IMG/VR virus record: IMGVR_UViG_3300033553_000372
Span: 13,041 to 77,040 of that record
Length of the DNA stretch: 64,000 nt
Strand: one strand, 5' to 3'
Origin: a virus
The position numbers were made by a program, and so were the translations under genes. Under the pieces are notes generated by a model that saw only the letters and a list, made by a program, of their open reading frames with translations, searched no databases and was not told the DNA's origin. How positions within the stretch are numbered: the stretch's first letter is position 1; each line of letters starts with the position of its first letter. This document shows positions 9,436 to 19,740 of this stretch, one piece after another.

Positions 9436-12400
9436 GTTGCGGTGGAAATTTAGGTAAATTTAGGTGGTTTTATTCTGGAAATCAAGTAGGTTGCTTCAAC
9501 CACATGGGCTGCTTTAACTTTGTGGCTGGTGGACCAATTGGGTCTGGAATTTCAGCTGGAACTTTATATAAGAAATTTTTTCCAGGAGAAATTTCAAGAG
9601 CATTATGGGAATACCCGACAGCTCAATTGAACCAAAAGTTATTAGATGCGTCGCATCCTTTCATCGATTTAGAGTGGATCGCTGATATAGAAATTTCACC
9701 AACAGTAATTTTTAGAGTAAGTGATAAAAATTTATATGTTCAAGATAAAGGTGGATTAGGTAGATTTTATGAAGCCAGAGTTCAAAAAGCTCCAAACATA
9801 AATATAACCTTAGGTGAATGGTTAGCTCCAAATTTTGAAATTGGCGATTTAAAAATAGAAATAAATAATAGAGATGGATTTTTTAATGATTATCTTCCAC
9901 ATGGTATCAATTATCTCCAATGGATTGGTGCAAAGATCTCAATTAAAGTTGGTTTTGGAGAATTACTTTCTAACTATCATGAAATTTTTAGAGGCTTCGT
10001 ATCTCAAAAACAAGGTATCACATCGACTAACGAAACGATTGTCTTAAAGTGTTATGATAGAGCTTCTCAAGATGAAATAAGTATTCCAGCAACTAGTTTC
10101 GATAGAACAAATTATCCAGAAACAGATAAAGAAAACATCGGTAAACCAGTTCCTATAGTTTATGGTGACTGGACAGAAGAGGTAGGCGAATATGGAGAAA
10201 TCCCAGCATTTTGCTCTAATGCTCAAGATGAATCAGCTGATAGTTATATTTGGAACATTTCTGAAAATGCTCTCGAGTCAATTGGTAATGTCTACTTACA
10301 CCGTGGAGATAACGTAGCAGACAAAGATGGACCTATTTTATTATTAGATAGCGCTATTTTCAAATATCCAGAAGATGGTAAAATAGAAGTGCCATCAACT
10401 ATTCCAACTTTATCAAAAGGTTATCTATTATTAGATCGCGTAAGAGCTGGATTGGGATCAGGCGCCAACACTTTAGTTTCAGACTCTAGTCAAACTGATT
10501 ATGTAAAAATTGGTGTTCAAATAAATGATATAATTATTCGCGACAATGATCCACTACAATATATTATCACATCCGTGTCATCTGGAATATTAACAACTTC
10601 AGCTGGAACATTTGCTCAAAATGACAACTATAGGATACTAACAGACAAATATAAATTTAAAGCTGGCGATAAAATTTCCATACTATGTAAAGGTAAAAAT
10701 GTATCACTTCTTTCCGTTAATAGGATTGCTGATTCAGGATTAATAGGTATTAATCCAAGATCATTATCTGTGGCGCTCGATAATACATATTGGACTATAG
10801 ACAATGACGCGCAAAAGATTTATAATATATCGTTTGAAAACATATTAATTAAAACGATTAATTTTTCCGATGTTGATCCGTCAATAACTTTCATATCTTC
10901 TCTAGTGTTTCAAAACGATAGAAGTCTTTGGTTATTAGAGAGAAATCAATCAAAAATTTATAGATATTTGCCTGATGAAAATATATTAGGATTAAACTTT
11001 ACCACGGTTCAAACCGAAATAGCCGCTTTGTTACCCAATGCAGCGGCAATAACAATTGATGAAGGAAATATATTAACTATTTATGATAATGATCTCGGTC
11101 AATTTTATCGTATAGCTCCATATTCGCCTACAAAAGCAATTGTAGCCCAGTTCCATCGAAGCGTTTTTGCAGTTACAGCCTTAGATATTTATGATTTAGC
11201 GTTTGATGTGAACTTAGTTCACTTATTAGTAATTGATAGAAGCACAAATAAATTTTTTAGAGTTGATCCGAGCAACGGTTCTCTAATAGCGTCAAGTGAT
11301 TTTAATTTAACTATAGTATCTAGTGCCATAACTTTTCCAGTTGGTGTAGGTTATTATATTGATGGGACTATATTTTTTCTAAATAAAGCAGACATATCAA
11401 TTTATAACTATAATGAATTTCCAGAATCATCAACTAATATTGGATTTATTTGTAGAGATATTCTTCAATCTTATGCTGGAAAAACTAGTTTTGATTTTGA
11501 TTTATTATGGAATGAAACAAGTAGAAATGATTTATCTGAATATAAAGCAAGAGTTTACATTAATGAAAAAGTTAATGCTATAAATCAAGTATTCAAATTA
11601 TTAAGCTCTTTTAATGCTAATGCATACATTAGATTTCAAAAATACGCTTTATTTCAAATTAATTTTCAAAACTTTCGAGTTGATGGTGACATAATAAGAG
11701 AAGGCGATATAAAATTAGGGACATTTAATCCTTCAAAAGAATATAATCAATATTTCAATACGTCTTTAGCTAAATATAAAGAGCTTCCATTTTCTGAAAC
11801 AAGTATAGTTAGCGACGTATATGCTTCACCATCAGGAATAAAGTTAGCTGGCAGAGAAATATCAAAAACTTTAGATATGTCTCCAGTTTATTTAAGATCA
11901 GATTTAGATAAATTGGTACCATTATTTCTAAGACTAGCAGCCGCGGAGCCGGAGTTTGTTAATCTAACTGTAGGATTTAGATTTTTATTTATTCAGCCTT
12001 CTACTTTTTTTAATATCAACTTTATTAATATTGAAGATAATAAGATTAGCGGAAGAAGATATGAAATGATTCCTTCATTTGTTAGGTCTATAAATGTAGA
12101 TCTAAACACAATGGAGATTAAATTAAAACTTTGGTCACTAGGAACTACTCAGTTTGGAAACTTTGTTCCGGCTGGAATAACAGGCGGTGGAGAAAATGAT
12201 CAAATTATTTTAACAAATCTTGGAACTGTAGGATATGTAGCTCCAATTGGAGCAATTACCACATCATCTTTGAATTCTGTTGATTTGGAATTAGTTGGTG
12301 GAATAAATGCTCAATTAAGAACTGATAGTATTGTTGGAAAAGCCTGGAAACAAGGCTTTAAGGTAGACCTTATTGATGGGCTTACACAAGAAGTTGTTGA

Positions 12401-12707
12401 ATCAAAAGAAATTTTATCTGTTATAGGCAACACTATTACATTTGTTAATAACTTAAATAACTTAATTCTACCAACGGTTAGAAATTCCGCAAATTATATT
12501 ATTGGTGGACATTATCTGAGGTTCTCAAGCTATAACTTATCAGACCAAACACAAACAGCGCAATTTGCATATTTCTCTAAACCTATAGACGGTTACCCAA
12601 CAACAACTTCGAAAGAGATTGAAGAGCTGAGAGCTGGAAAGCATAAATTTGATGATGGAAGACTATCATATGTTCTTCATCCGTTTGATTATATTCCACA
12701 AGTTTAG
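9432..12707 (+). CDS. Large baseplate/tail-tip protein with central beta-propeller-like repeats
   Basis: ATGA overlap with the holin; GKPVPIVYG motif typical of tail-tip/hub proteins; central repeats of the form S/A-L-x-x-D...W/L-x-x-D...KIY. Confidence 0.6.
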   Translation: MSCGGNLGKFRWFYSGNQVGCFNHMGCFNFVAGGPIGSGISAGTLYKKFFPGEISRALWEYPTAQLNQKLLDASHPFIDLEWIADIEISPTVIFRVSDKNLYVQDKGGLGRFYEARVQKAPNINITLGEWLAPNFEIGDLKIEINNRDGFFNDYLPHGINYLQWIGAKISIKVGFGELLSNYHEIFRGFVSQKQGITSTNETIVLKCYDRASQDEISIPATSFDRTNYPETDKENIGKPVPIVYGDWTEEVGEYGEIPAFCSNAQDESADSYIWNISENALESIGNVYLHRGDNVADKDGPILLLDSAIFKYPEDGKIEVPSTIPTLSKGYLLLDRVRAGLGSGANTLVSDSSQTDYVKIGVQINDIIIRDNDPLQYIITSVSSGILTTSAGTFAQNDNYRILTDKYKFKAGDKISILCKGKNVSLLSVNRIADSGLIGINPRSLSVALDNTYWTIDNDAQKIYNISFENILIKTINFSDVDPSITFISSLVFQNDRSLWLLERNQSKIYRYLPDENILGLNFTTVQTEIAALLPNAAAITIDEGNILTIYDNDLGQFYRIAPYSPTKAIVAQFHRSVFAVTALDIYDLAFDVNLVHLLVIDRSTNKFFRVDPSNGSLIASSDFNLTIVSSAITFPVGVGYYIDGTIFFLNKADISIYNYNEFPESSTNIGFICRDILQSYAGKTSFDFDLLWNETSRNDLSEYKARVYINEKVNAINQVFKLLSSFNANAYIRFQKYALFQINFQNFRVDGDIIREGDIKLGTFNPSKEYNQYFNTSLAKYKELPFSETSIVSDVYASPSGIKLAGREISKTLDMSPVYLRSDLDKLVPLFLRLAAAEPEFVNLTVGFRFLFIQPSTFFNINFINIEDNKISGRRYEMIPSFVRSINVDLNTMEIKLKLWSLGTTQFGNFVPAGITGGGENDQIILTNLGTVGYVAPIGAITTSSLNSVDLELVGGINAQLRTDSIVGKAWKQGFKVDLIDGLTQEVVESKEILSVIGNTITFVNNLNNLILPTVRNSANYIIGGHYLRFSSYNLSDQTQTAQFAYFSKPIDGYPTTTSKEIEELRAGKHKFDDGRLSYVLHPFDYIPQV

Positions 12708-12722
12708 AGGTAAAATAATTAT

Positions 12723-13253
12723 ATGACTATAAATATACCACAATTAAAACCTTCAAGAATTTATGCTAATGAGTCAAACTTTGGCTCATCCGCTGCCTCT
12801 TTTATTTGGAAGAAGATAGTTAATAATCAAAATTGGATAGAGAAGAATATTCCAATAGGCTACATTATTTATCTTTATTCATCTCAAACATTGGCTAATG
12901 GTTTTCCAATTGATTTGCCTAATCCAAATATTTGGGTAAAATGTAACGGAACATTAATATCAGATATCAATTCTCCTCTAAATGGACAAACTACACCAGA
13001 TTTAAGAAATAAATTTTTTAAAGGAAATTCTACTATAGGATTGCTTGGTGGACAATCGACAATTAATCTTCAACATAATCACGGTGGACAAACTGGCGTA
13101 ACAGATGATAGACAACCAGATGTTCAAGCAGACGCTGGTGGTGGATATAATACCGGAGCGCCTCATACGCACTCAATAAATAGTCAACTTTCTACTGTTG
13201 AGCCTATTATACCTCCTTATGTTGAGTTACAAATTTATATGAGGTACAAATAA
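12723..13253 (+). CDS. Tail collar domain protein (paralog 1)
   Basis: PIG...WVKCNG...TPDLRNKFFKG, HxH motifs, PPY..YMR end. Confidence 0.7.
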   Translation: MTINIPQLKPSRIYANESNFGSSAASFIWKKIVNNQNWIEKNIPIGYIIYLYSSQTLANGFPIDLPNPNIWVKCNGTLISDINSPLNGQTTPDLRNKFFKGNSTIGLLGGQSTINLQHNHGGQTGVTDDRQPDVQADAGGGYNTGAPHTHSINSQLSTVEPIIPPYVELQIYMRYK

Positions 13254-13780
13254 TGGCTACAAATTCAGATAAATTAGATAATGTAGGATATTCAGATTTT
13301 GGAGATGTTGTTTCAATTGAATTAGCTGAAGCAATGAGAAAAAATTTAGACTTTTTAAGAGCCGTTTGTGCAATTGGAGAAATAGCTCCTATCATGGTTA
13401 ATATTCCAGGAGTTCCTTTACCAAATCCAGACTATTTTCAAGAATGTGATGGATCAGAAATAGTAAATGAAAATTCTCCACTTAGATCTTTAGGTCTTAC
13501 TCAAAGATTTACTCCAAATATGATTGATAGATATATTATAATTACCCCAACCGGAGGCCAAACTGCTGGTCAAGCTGGCGGATATAATAATACATATGCA
13601 TTCAAACATAATCACTCTGGCTATACTGGATCTGTTGGATCAAACAGCGACAGTGATCACTCGCATTCAGCAAGAGAAGCTGCATTCTCACATAACCACA
13701 CTATAGCAGATGCTTTTCCAAGCCCAATAAATGTTGAGCCTCCATTTTATACAGTAAAATTTTATATGAGGATCCAATGA
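13253..13780 (+). CDS. Tail collar domain protein (paralog 2)
   Basis: AIGEI...CDG..I...NSPL...TP, HNH/HSH motifs, PPFY..YMR end. Confidence 0.7.
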   Translation: MATNSDKLDNVGYSDFGDVVSIELAEAMRKNLDFLRAVCAIGEIAPIMVNIPGVPLPNPDYFQECDGSEIVNENSPLRSLGLTQRFTPNMIDRYIIITPTGGQTAGQAGGYNNTYAFKHNHSGYTGSVGSNSDSDHSHSAREAAFSHNHTIADAFPSPINVEPPFYTVKFYMRIQ

Positions 13781-14301
13781 GTATATTAACGCCAGTAGTT
13801 ATTAGCCCTATTCATAATTCTGAAACAGACTATTTATCTTCAATTAATGAAGAAACTTTACATAAGCTGATTGCAAATAATAATTGGTTATTGGACTTAA
13901 GACCAATTGGGTCTATTGTTTTTATTAACACAAACCAAGCTGGAGCATCAACTCCAGATTCAAATGTTTATCAAATATGCGATGGGTCTGAAATTACACA
14001 CCCAAACTCTCCAATAAGATCAATAGGATTAAATCAAAGATTCACTCCAGACTTAAGAGACAAGTATCCTCGTGGAGCAAACAGTTATGTGGTAAATCCA
14101 ATTGGTGGAACTTGGGATCATAATGTTTCGCACGCACATTCTACTGGTGGACCATCAGCAATTGGTGGAACTATTGATACAAAAGGCGACAGAAGAAGAA
14201 GAGATTTTCACACACATTCTATATCAAGTGCATTAGCTTCAACTTTAGTTGTAGAAACTCCAGCTTATATAGTATATAATGCATACATGAAAATTTCATA
14301 A
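13777..14301 (+). CDS. Tail collar domain protein (paralog 3)
   Basis: PIGSI...CDG..I...NSPI...TPDLRDKYPRG, HAH/HTH motifs. Confidence 0.7.
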   Translation: MSILTPVVISPIHNSETDYLSSINEETLHKLIANNNWLLDLRPIGSIVFINTNQAGASTPDSNVYQICDGSEITHPNSPIRSIGLNQRFTPDLRDKYPRGANSYVVNPIGGTWDHNVSHAHSTGGPSAIGGTIDTKGDRRRRDFHTHSISSALASTLVVETPAYIVYNAYMKIS

Positions 14302-14311
14302 GGACAAAAAT

Positions 14312-14608
14312 ATGTTTAACTTCGTCATTCTTCTAAATCAAGCTCCATTTTATATTTTTTCTGAAACAGAAAAAGACGTTTTAAAAACTGTAGGAGTTTA
14401 TAGAGAAAAGGTAATTGGCGTAATTGAAGGCCAAAATCTTAATATGAAAGAATTAGAGGTAAGCGTTCAATTAAAAAACCAAAATGTAAAAGCTATAGAT
14501 TTTGTAGAAATAGTAAATGAAGATTATAAGAAAAATAAAGTAGAAGTTTTATTAGATCCAGAAGAGCATCAAGATATGATTGATGATTTAGAATTAGGTA
14601 TCGATTAA
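14312..14608 (+). CDS. Hypothetical protein
   Basis: AGGA RBS; 3' end overlaps the convergent helicase gene. Confidence 0.55.
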   Translation: MFNFVILLNQAPFYIFSETEKDVLKTVGVYREKVIGVIEGQNLNMKELEVSVQLKNQNVKAIDFVEIVNEDYKKNKVEVLLDPEEHQDMIDDLELGID

Positions 14609-15955
14609 TTGAACTTTTTGCCCATAAGTTTCTTCTATAATTTTTAATCTAGTTCTGGAGTGAGATATTAAGTGTTTTGCTCCATAATCCATAAAATTAA
14701 AATAATAACCTACTTTCTTATTTGGAGACTTACGTACGACGCGACCAACTTTTTGCATAATTTGCGATCTAGCTTTTCCACCAGACAAATCTATACAAGC
14801 GCCAGCGACTTTTGTATCAACACCTTCTCCTAATACAGAAGTACCAATTAAACAAGGTCTTTTAAATTCATTAAACTCTTTAATCATATCCATATTATAT
14901 TGAGCTGATTCATCTTGGCCATTTAAAAATAATGAGTCACCTATTAAGCGTTGAATTTCTCTTCCATGTTCAACATGATCAACTAAAATTAAAGTAGGGA
15001 TATTATTTCTCATCATCTTTTGAGCAGTTTCAATAGCTATAGCATTTCTATCTGCATTATTATCAATAAAATGTTTTACGTCAGATCTATAAACTCCATG
15101 AGAAGTCTTATCATAATTCTTTATATTAAAAAACATTGGAACTACCGGGGTGATATAGCCTTTATTGATAGCATCTTGAACTGGAACTACATAAATAGTA
15201 TCTGACAAAACACATTCCAAATAGATAGCTTCATTATCATCATTTTTAAAATTAGTAGCTGTTAGTCCATATCTATAATAGATATTTTTAAAATGAGTTT
15301 GAAAAAAGCTTCTACAAGTATTAGCTGCTGCATTATGAAACTCATCGAAAATAACTTGTTGAAATTGGTCAAAATACTCTGGAGGCATATTCTCAATTGC
15401 ATGATAGTTGGTAACAACAATTGGTTTTGTAGCTCTTTTATCCATGAGGGACACGCTAGAGTTGCCAAAACAGGCTGAAATATAGTTATAAGTCTGAGTC
15501 TTTAGGTTACTTGAGGGTGTAATGATTAACGTAGGTCGTTGCGTTTTTAATAAAGCTTCCTTTATTGTTCTTGTTTTACCAATACCAGTTGGCATTTCAA
15601 GAATACCGCTATCATTTTTAGCAATAGCTGAAGATCCGAGTTCTTGTTCTAGATAAGCCGTTGGCTCGTCCAATTTATTAACTAATCCAATATTTATTTT
15701 ATTAGGCTTTATTCTATTATCAGCAATCTGATATGGTAAATTTCTTTCCATTAAGAAAGTTTCAACTCTTTTTAATAATCCAGTTGGAAATCTACCAAGT
15801 TCATCTATTAATAATTTAGTAGCTGCTTGTCTATTTTTTCTTCTAATGAATATAGACATATCAAAAAAAGCTACAGCTTGTCTAAGACTATAGAAGTCTT
15901 TTTGAGTTAAATTTAAAATTCTAGAATTTGAATTTTCTAATATAATAATTACCAT
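14594..15955 (-). CDS. Superfamily 2 DNA helicase (UvsW/type III Res-like)
   Basis: Walker A MPTGIGKT, DEFH, TAT, EGVD, QKVGRVVR. Confidence 0.9.
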   Translation of the reverse strand: MVIIILENSNSRILNLTQKDFYSLRQAVAFFDMSIFIRRKNRQAATKLLIDELGRFPTGLLKRVETFLMERNLPYQIADNRIKPNKINIGLVNKLDEPTAYLEQELGSSAIAKNDSGILEMPTGIGKTRTIKEALLKTQRPTLIITPSSNLKTQTYNYISACFGNSSVSLMDKRATKPIVVTNYHAIENMPPEYFDQFQQVIFDEFHNAAANTCRSFFQTHFKNIYYRYGLTATNFKNDDNEAIYLECVLSDTIYVVPVQDAINKGYITPVVPMFFNIKNYDKTSHGVYRSDVKHFIDNNADRNAIAIETAQKMMRNNIPTLILVDHVEHGREIQRLIGDSLFLNGQDESAQYNMDMIKEFNEFKRPCLIGTSVLGEGVDTKVAGACIDLSGGKARSQIMQKVGRVVRKSPNKKVGYYFNFMDYGAKHLISHSRTRLKIIEETYGQKVQLIDT

Positions 15956-16397
15956 ATATATATTAATACTTAAAAACTATGGAAAACGCTAAATTTGTTG
16001 AGGCTATTGGCGTTAGAGAAACAGGCTACTAAAATAAACCTTGGAAATAGGCCGTAGGCAACATTCGATCACCCACCCAAATCATAAAATATTAAAAAAT
16101 TTTTTTCAAAAATAAAGAAAATATAAAAAATTCTTCCACATAAAAATAAAAAAATTATTTTATGTACTTGCGGGCCCGCCGGAATATAATAACATTGCCT
16201 GCTATGCTAGCATGATTGAAGCAGTGGCCTACTGGACAAAATGAATTTCTAATAGATTTGTTTTTGAGTCGAATATGTCCTAATCACTAAGGTTTTAATC
16301 TATTTAGATTTTTTAGAATTTAGATCTATATAGATTCTATCTTAAATAAATACTAAAATAAAATATTCTTATTCTTATGCTTGAACTATGTCCTGGG

Positions 16398-16425
16398 TTT
16401 ATATACCCAATGCACAGTGTGTCAA
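16398..16425 (-). promoter_or_regulatory. Leftward sigma70-like promoter TTGACA-N16-TATAAA
   Basis: Minus strand reads TTGACA (16425-16420), 16-nt spacer, TATAAA (16403-16398); points toward the SF2 helicase about 430 nt away. Confidence 0.5.
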
Positions 16426-16508
16426 TGCATTTTCAAATAAACGATGTAAAAAAATAAAACTTAAGTAAAAATAGTTTCGAAGTATAGTTACAAAAACTAG
16501 GATATATA

Positions 16509-17864
16509 ATGACATCACCCAAATTTACTTTTGATGAAAGATTCCAGATTACCATCTTCGAATTATTGACTACAGATAAATATTTTGCAGAAAAATGTTT
16601 TGAACATGTAAGTCCAGAAAGTTTTAAGAATGAATATTTTGCTACCATCTATAATATTCTTCTCGGTCTATATAGAAAATATGAGTCAGTTCCGACAATT
16701 AATCAATTAAAAAATGAAATGCTTCAGATAAGTAATCCAACTAAGTCTGAGATTTTATTAGGAATTTATAAAAGAATAATAGATCCAACAGATACTAGAG
16801 ATTATGAATACGTTAAAAAGAATTTAGAGAATTTTATAACACATAACCATATGCATCAGTTAGTTAATGGTATTATAAAGAACCAAAATGATCCACAAAA
16901 AGCAATTGAGGCTGCCACTAAAGAAATGGAAGCCATTTCAAATATCTCTTTCTCTACTACAAAAACCGAAAACTTGTCAAATATAGAATCAATTCTACAA
17001 AGGTCTGCTGAATCATCAACACAATTAATACCAACTTTTATGCCTACAATGGATAATGAAATGGGTGGCGGTGTTCCAAGAGGAACTTTAACCTGTGGAT
17101 TAGCTGGAACAAATGTTGGTAAATCTATTTGGATGATTAATTGGGCTTATCATTTAATAAACAATGGATATAAAGTTTTCTATGTAAATTTAGAAGGATA
17201 CGCTGATCAACCATTATTAAGAATGATAACGCGTTCTCTAAAAGCCAATTTCTTTCAAGTGAGATGGAACAAGATTTCTGAACATGAAAGGGAAATGGCA
17301 TTGAAATTTCAAAATGAAAAAGGAAAGAATTTTGAGTTTATGCATAACTCTTCATTTGATTTTACAGTTGAAGACTTATTGCCAATGGTTAGAAAAATGC
17401 ACGCTGATTTTCAATTTGATGTTTTAATGGTAGACTATGGGCAACTTTTAAAATCTAAAAGAAAATTTGAAGGCATTCGTCACGAACAATCTTATGTCCA
17501 TAGAGCATTAGCGACTATTGCGGGCGAATTAAATATTGCTGCAGTTACAGTTGCTCAAGGAACTCGAGATACAAATGTAAAAAATCATAATGGTTCTAGC
17601 TTAATAAGAATGACTGATATCTCAGAGTGTTTTGAGATTATGAGAGCATGTGCTACCGTATTCACACTAAATAGATCTGAAAGAGACGAAGAAATGGAAA
17701 AGGTAAGAATACTTTGTGATAAACAAAGAGATGGTAAAAAGAATATTATTGAAATTTGCAAGACAGATTTTGGTAAAATGTGCTTTTATGGCCCAGAATC
17801 AGAAGGCCTTGGTTTTATGAATGTTAAACAATATTTAGAAGAAAATCCAAAAGAAAAAATGTAA
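16509..17864 (+). CDS. dnaB: Replicative DNA helicase (DnaB/T4 gp41-like)
   Basis: Walker A AGTNVGKS (gp41-style), LEG, VDY, AQ..R, KQRDG. Confidence 0.9.
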   Translation: MTSPKFTFDERFQITIFELLTTDKYFAEKCFEHVSPESFKNEYFATIYNILLGLYRKYESVPTINQLKNEMLQISNPTKSEILLGIYKRIIDPTDTRDYEYVKKNLENFITHNHMHQLVNGIIKNQNDPQKAIEAATKEMEAISNISFSTTKTENLSNIESILQRSAESSTQLIPTFMPTMDNEMGGGVPRGTLTCGLAGTNVGKSIWMINWAYHLINNGYKVFYVNLEGYADQPLLRMITRSLKANFFQVRWNKISEHEREMALKFQNEKGKNFEFMHNSSFDFTVEDLLPMVRKMHADFQFDVLMVDYGQLLKSKRKFEGIRHEQSYVHRALATIAGELNIAAVTVAQGTRDTNVKNHNGSSLIRMTDISECFEIMRACATVFTLNRSERDEEMEKVRILCDKQRDGKKNIIEICKTDFGKMCFYGPESEGLGFMNVKQYLEENPKEKM

Positions 17865-18979
17865 TGTCACAATTCAACTATAAAGATTTAGAAAATTTAC
17901 TTCAAGAAGTTGATATAAACTATATTGAAAACAATTCTCACTTTATAATTAAAGAATGTCCAAACTGTAATGGTGAAGATAAACTATTTATCTCTAAATC
18001 TAATTTATTATGGCAATGCTTTAAATGCAAAGATGTTGGTAATCCAGAATTTGGTAAAGGTAACTTATATTTTTTATTAAAAAACGTTCTTTATTTAGAT
18101 AATATTCAAATAAAGTCTATTATTTTTGATAATAAGACTATTGAATATGCCCCAGAAGTTTTAACAATACCAGAAGAAAAAATTAAAGAAGAAAAAGTTT
18201 TACATAAAAATATAACTCAATATGAAGTTCCATCTTATTTTTATAAATTAGATTGTTCTGAAGAATCTATGAAAAAATATCCAGAAGCATATAGATATTT
18301 AATTCAAAGAAAAGTGACATCAAAAGATCAGATATTAAAGTTTGATTTAAGATATAATTCTGCTCAAAAAAGAATAATATTTCCTGCTTATATTGAAAAA
18401 GATTTTATAGTTGGAGTTCAAGCTAGAGATATAACTTTGCGATATAAAGAGCACCACCCAAAATGTCAAAATTTTAAGTGCAATTTATCTAGAAAATATT
18501 ATTTTAAAAATGAAACAGTAGCCCCAATACATTGTCCAGAGTGTAATGAAAAATTAGTAGACTCTTTTTATCCAAAGGCAACTAATTCAAAGGATTTTCC
18601 AAAAACAGAATTATTCTTTAATCAACAAAATGTAAACTGGAATTTACCAGTTGTTTTAGTTGAAGGGCCATTTGATACTATAATGACACCAAATTCATTA
18701 GGATTATTAGGAAGAACACTTTCTTCTAATCAATTCAATATCTTGGTTAATAATATAAAAAGAGATAATAAACTAATTTTATTTTTAGACGGCGACGAAG
18801 CTGGGACACTTTCGACCTTAGATGTGTATAGAAAACTATATCCATTTATTAATATAAAAATATGTCCTCTTTATAATGACGACGATCCTGGTTCACACTC
18901 TTTAGAGCAAAATGTTATAATGTTAAATACTATTTTATCCCCATTTGATTGGGCTATTTCAAAAAATATCTTATTGTAA
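17864..18979 (+). CDS. dnaG: DNA primase
   Basis: N-terminal CPNC...CFKC zinc finger, IIFP, TOPRIM VEGPFD and FLDGDEAG, DPG; adjacent to the helicase. Confidence 0.88.
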   Translation: MSQFNYKDLENLLQEVDINYIENNSHFIIKECPNCNGEDKLFISKSNLLWQCFKCKDVGNPEFGKGNLYFLLKNVLYLDNIQIKSIIFDNKTIEYAPEVLTIPEEKIKEEKVLHKNITQYEVPSYFYKLDCSEESMKKYPEAYRYLIQRKVTSKDQILKFDLRYNSAQKRIIFPAYIEKDFIVGVQARDITLRYKEHHPKCQNFKCNLSRKYYFKNETVAPIHCPECNEKLVDSFYPKATNSKDFPKTELFFNQQNVNWNLPVVLVEGPFDTIMTPNSLGLLGRTLSSNQFNILVNNIKRDNKLILFLDGDEAGTLSTLDVYRKLYPFINIKICPLYNDDDPGSHSLEQNVIMLNTILSPFDWAISKNILL

Positions 18980-19096
18980 ATAAAATTTATATAAATCAAT
19001 AGTGTAACAAAAAGTTATATTTTTATAGTATCAAAAGTTAAACAAATGGTTAATGATCCATCCACAACAATTTACGCTACTTTTTGGAGGATTTCA

Positions 19097-19726
19097 ATGA
19101 AAAATCAAGAGACATATGTCTATTCTGAAGAACTGTTTAATTCATTAAAAGGCATCACTATTAAGAACATTCGCAGAGAAATGGGTGGAGTTGATTTAGA
19201 TCAAGCGGGTTATGATTATGAGGATTTAGAACAAGAATGTAGGATTTGGCTATTGGAAGCATGTAAGCAATTTAATCCAGAATGTGGAATGAAATTTCAT
19301 AACTTTTATTGGATCAAGATTTCTTCTAAATTAGGAAACTATAGAAACAAATTCCAACGTCAGCAGAAAAAAGGAAGAGTCAGAAACTTTACCTCAATAG
19401 GCGAATCTTTTTGGGGACTAGTTGGATTAGAATCTTCCGGTGAAGAATCTTCTGGTCATTATAGTTCATATATGGAATCAAATCATAATGATAATAATGA
19501 TGTTATTGATAGTATAATTGAAGTAAAGAAAATTTTACCATTATTGAATCCAACAGAAAAGGTTATTTACAATGATTTTTTCATTTTAGGTAAATCTTTA
19601 CCAGAAATCGTAAGAACTAATGAATTTAAAAAGAATGATAAGCCTCTCAAATATTATCAAATTAGAAAAATTATTGACGATTTGAAAGGTATTCATTCAA
19701 CATTAGTATTAAGTGAGTATACTTAA
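19097..19726 (+). CDS. Sigma70-family-like RNA polymerase sigma factor (1)
   Basis: Region-2-like EDLEQE..IWLLEA..QFNP..G.KF; region-4-like C-terminus. GGAGG RBS supports a start at 19097. Confidence 0.7.
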   Translation: MKNQETYVYSEELFNSLKGITIKNIRREMGGVDLDQAGYDYEDLEQECRIWLLEACKQFNPECGMKFHNFYWIKISSKLGNYRNKFQRQQKKGRVRNFTSIGESFWGLVGLESSGEESSGHYSSYMESNHNDNNDVIDSIIEVKKILPLLNPTEKVIYNDFFILGKSLPEIVRTNEFKKNDKPLKYYQIRKIIDDLKGIHSTLVLSEYT

Positions 19727-19740
19727 TTTAGGAGATACTT

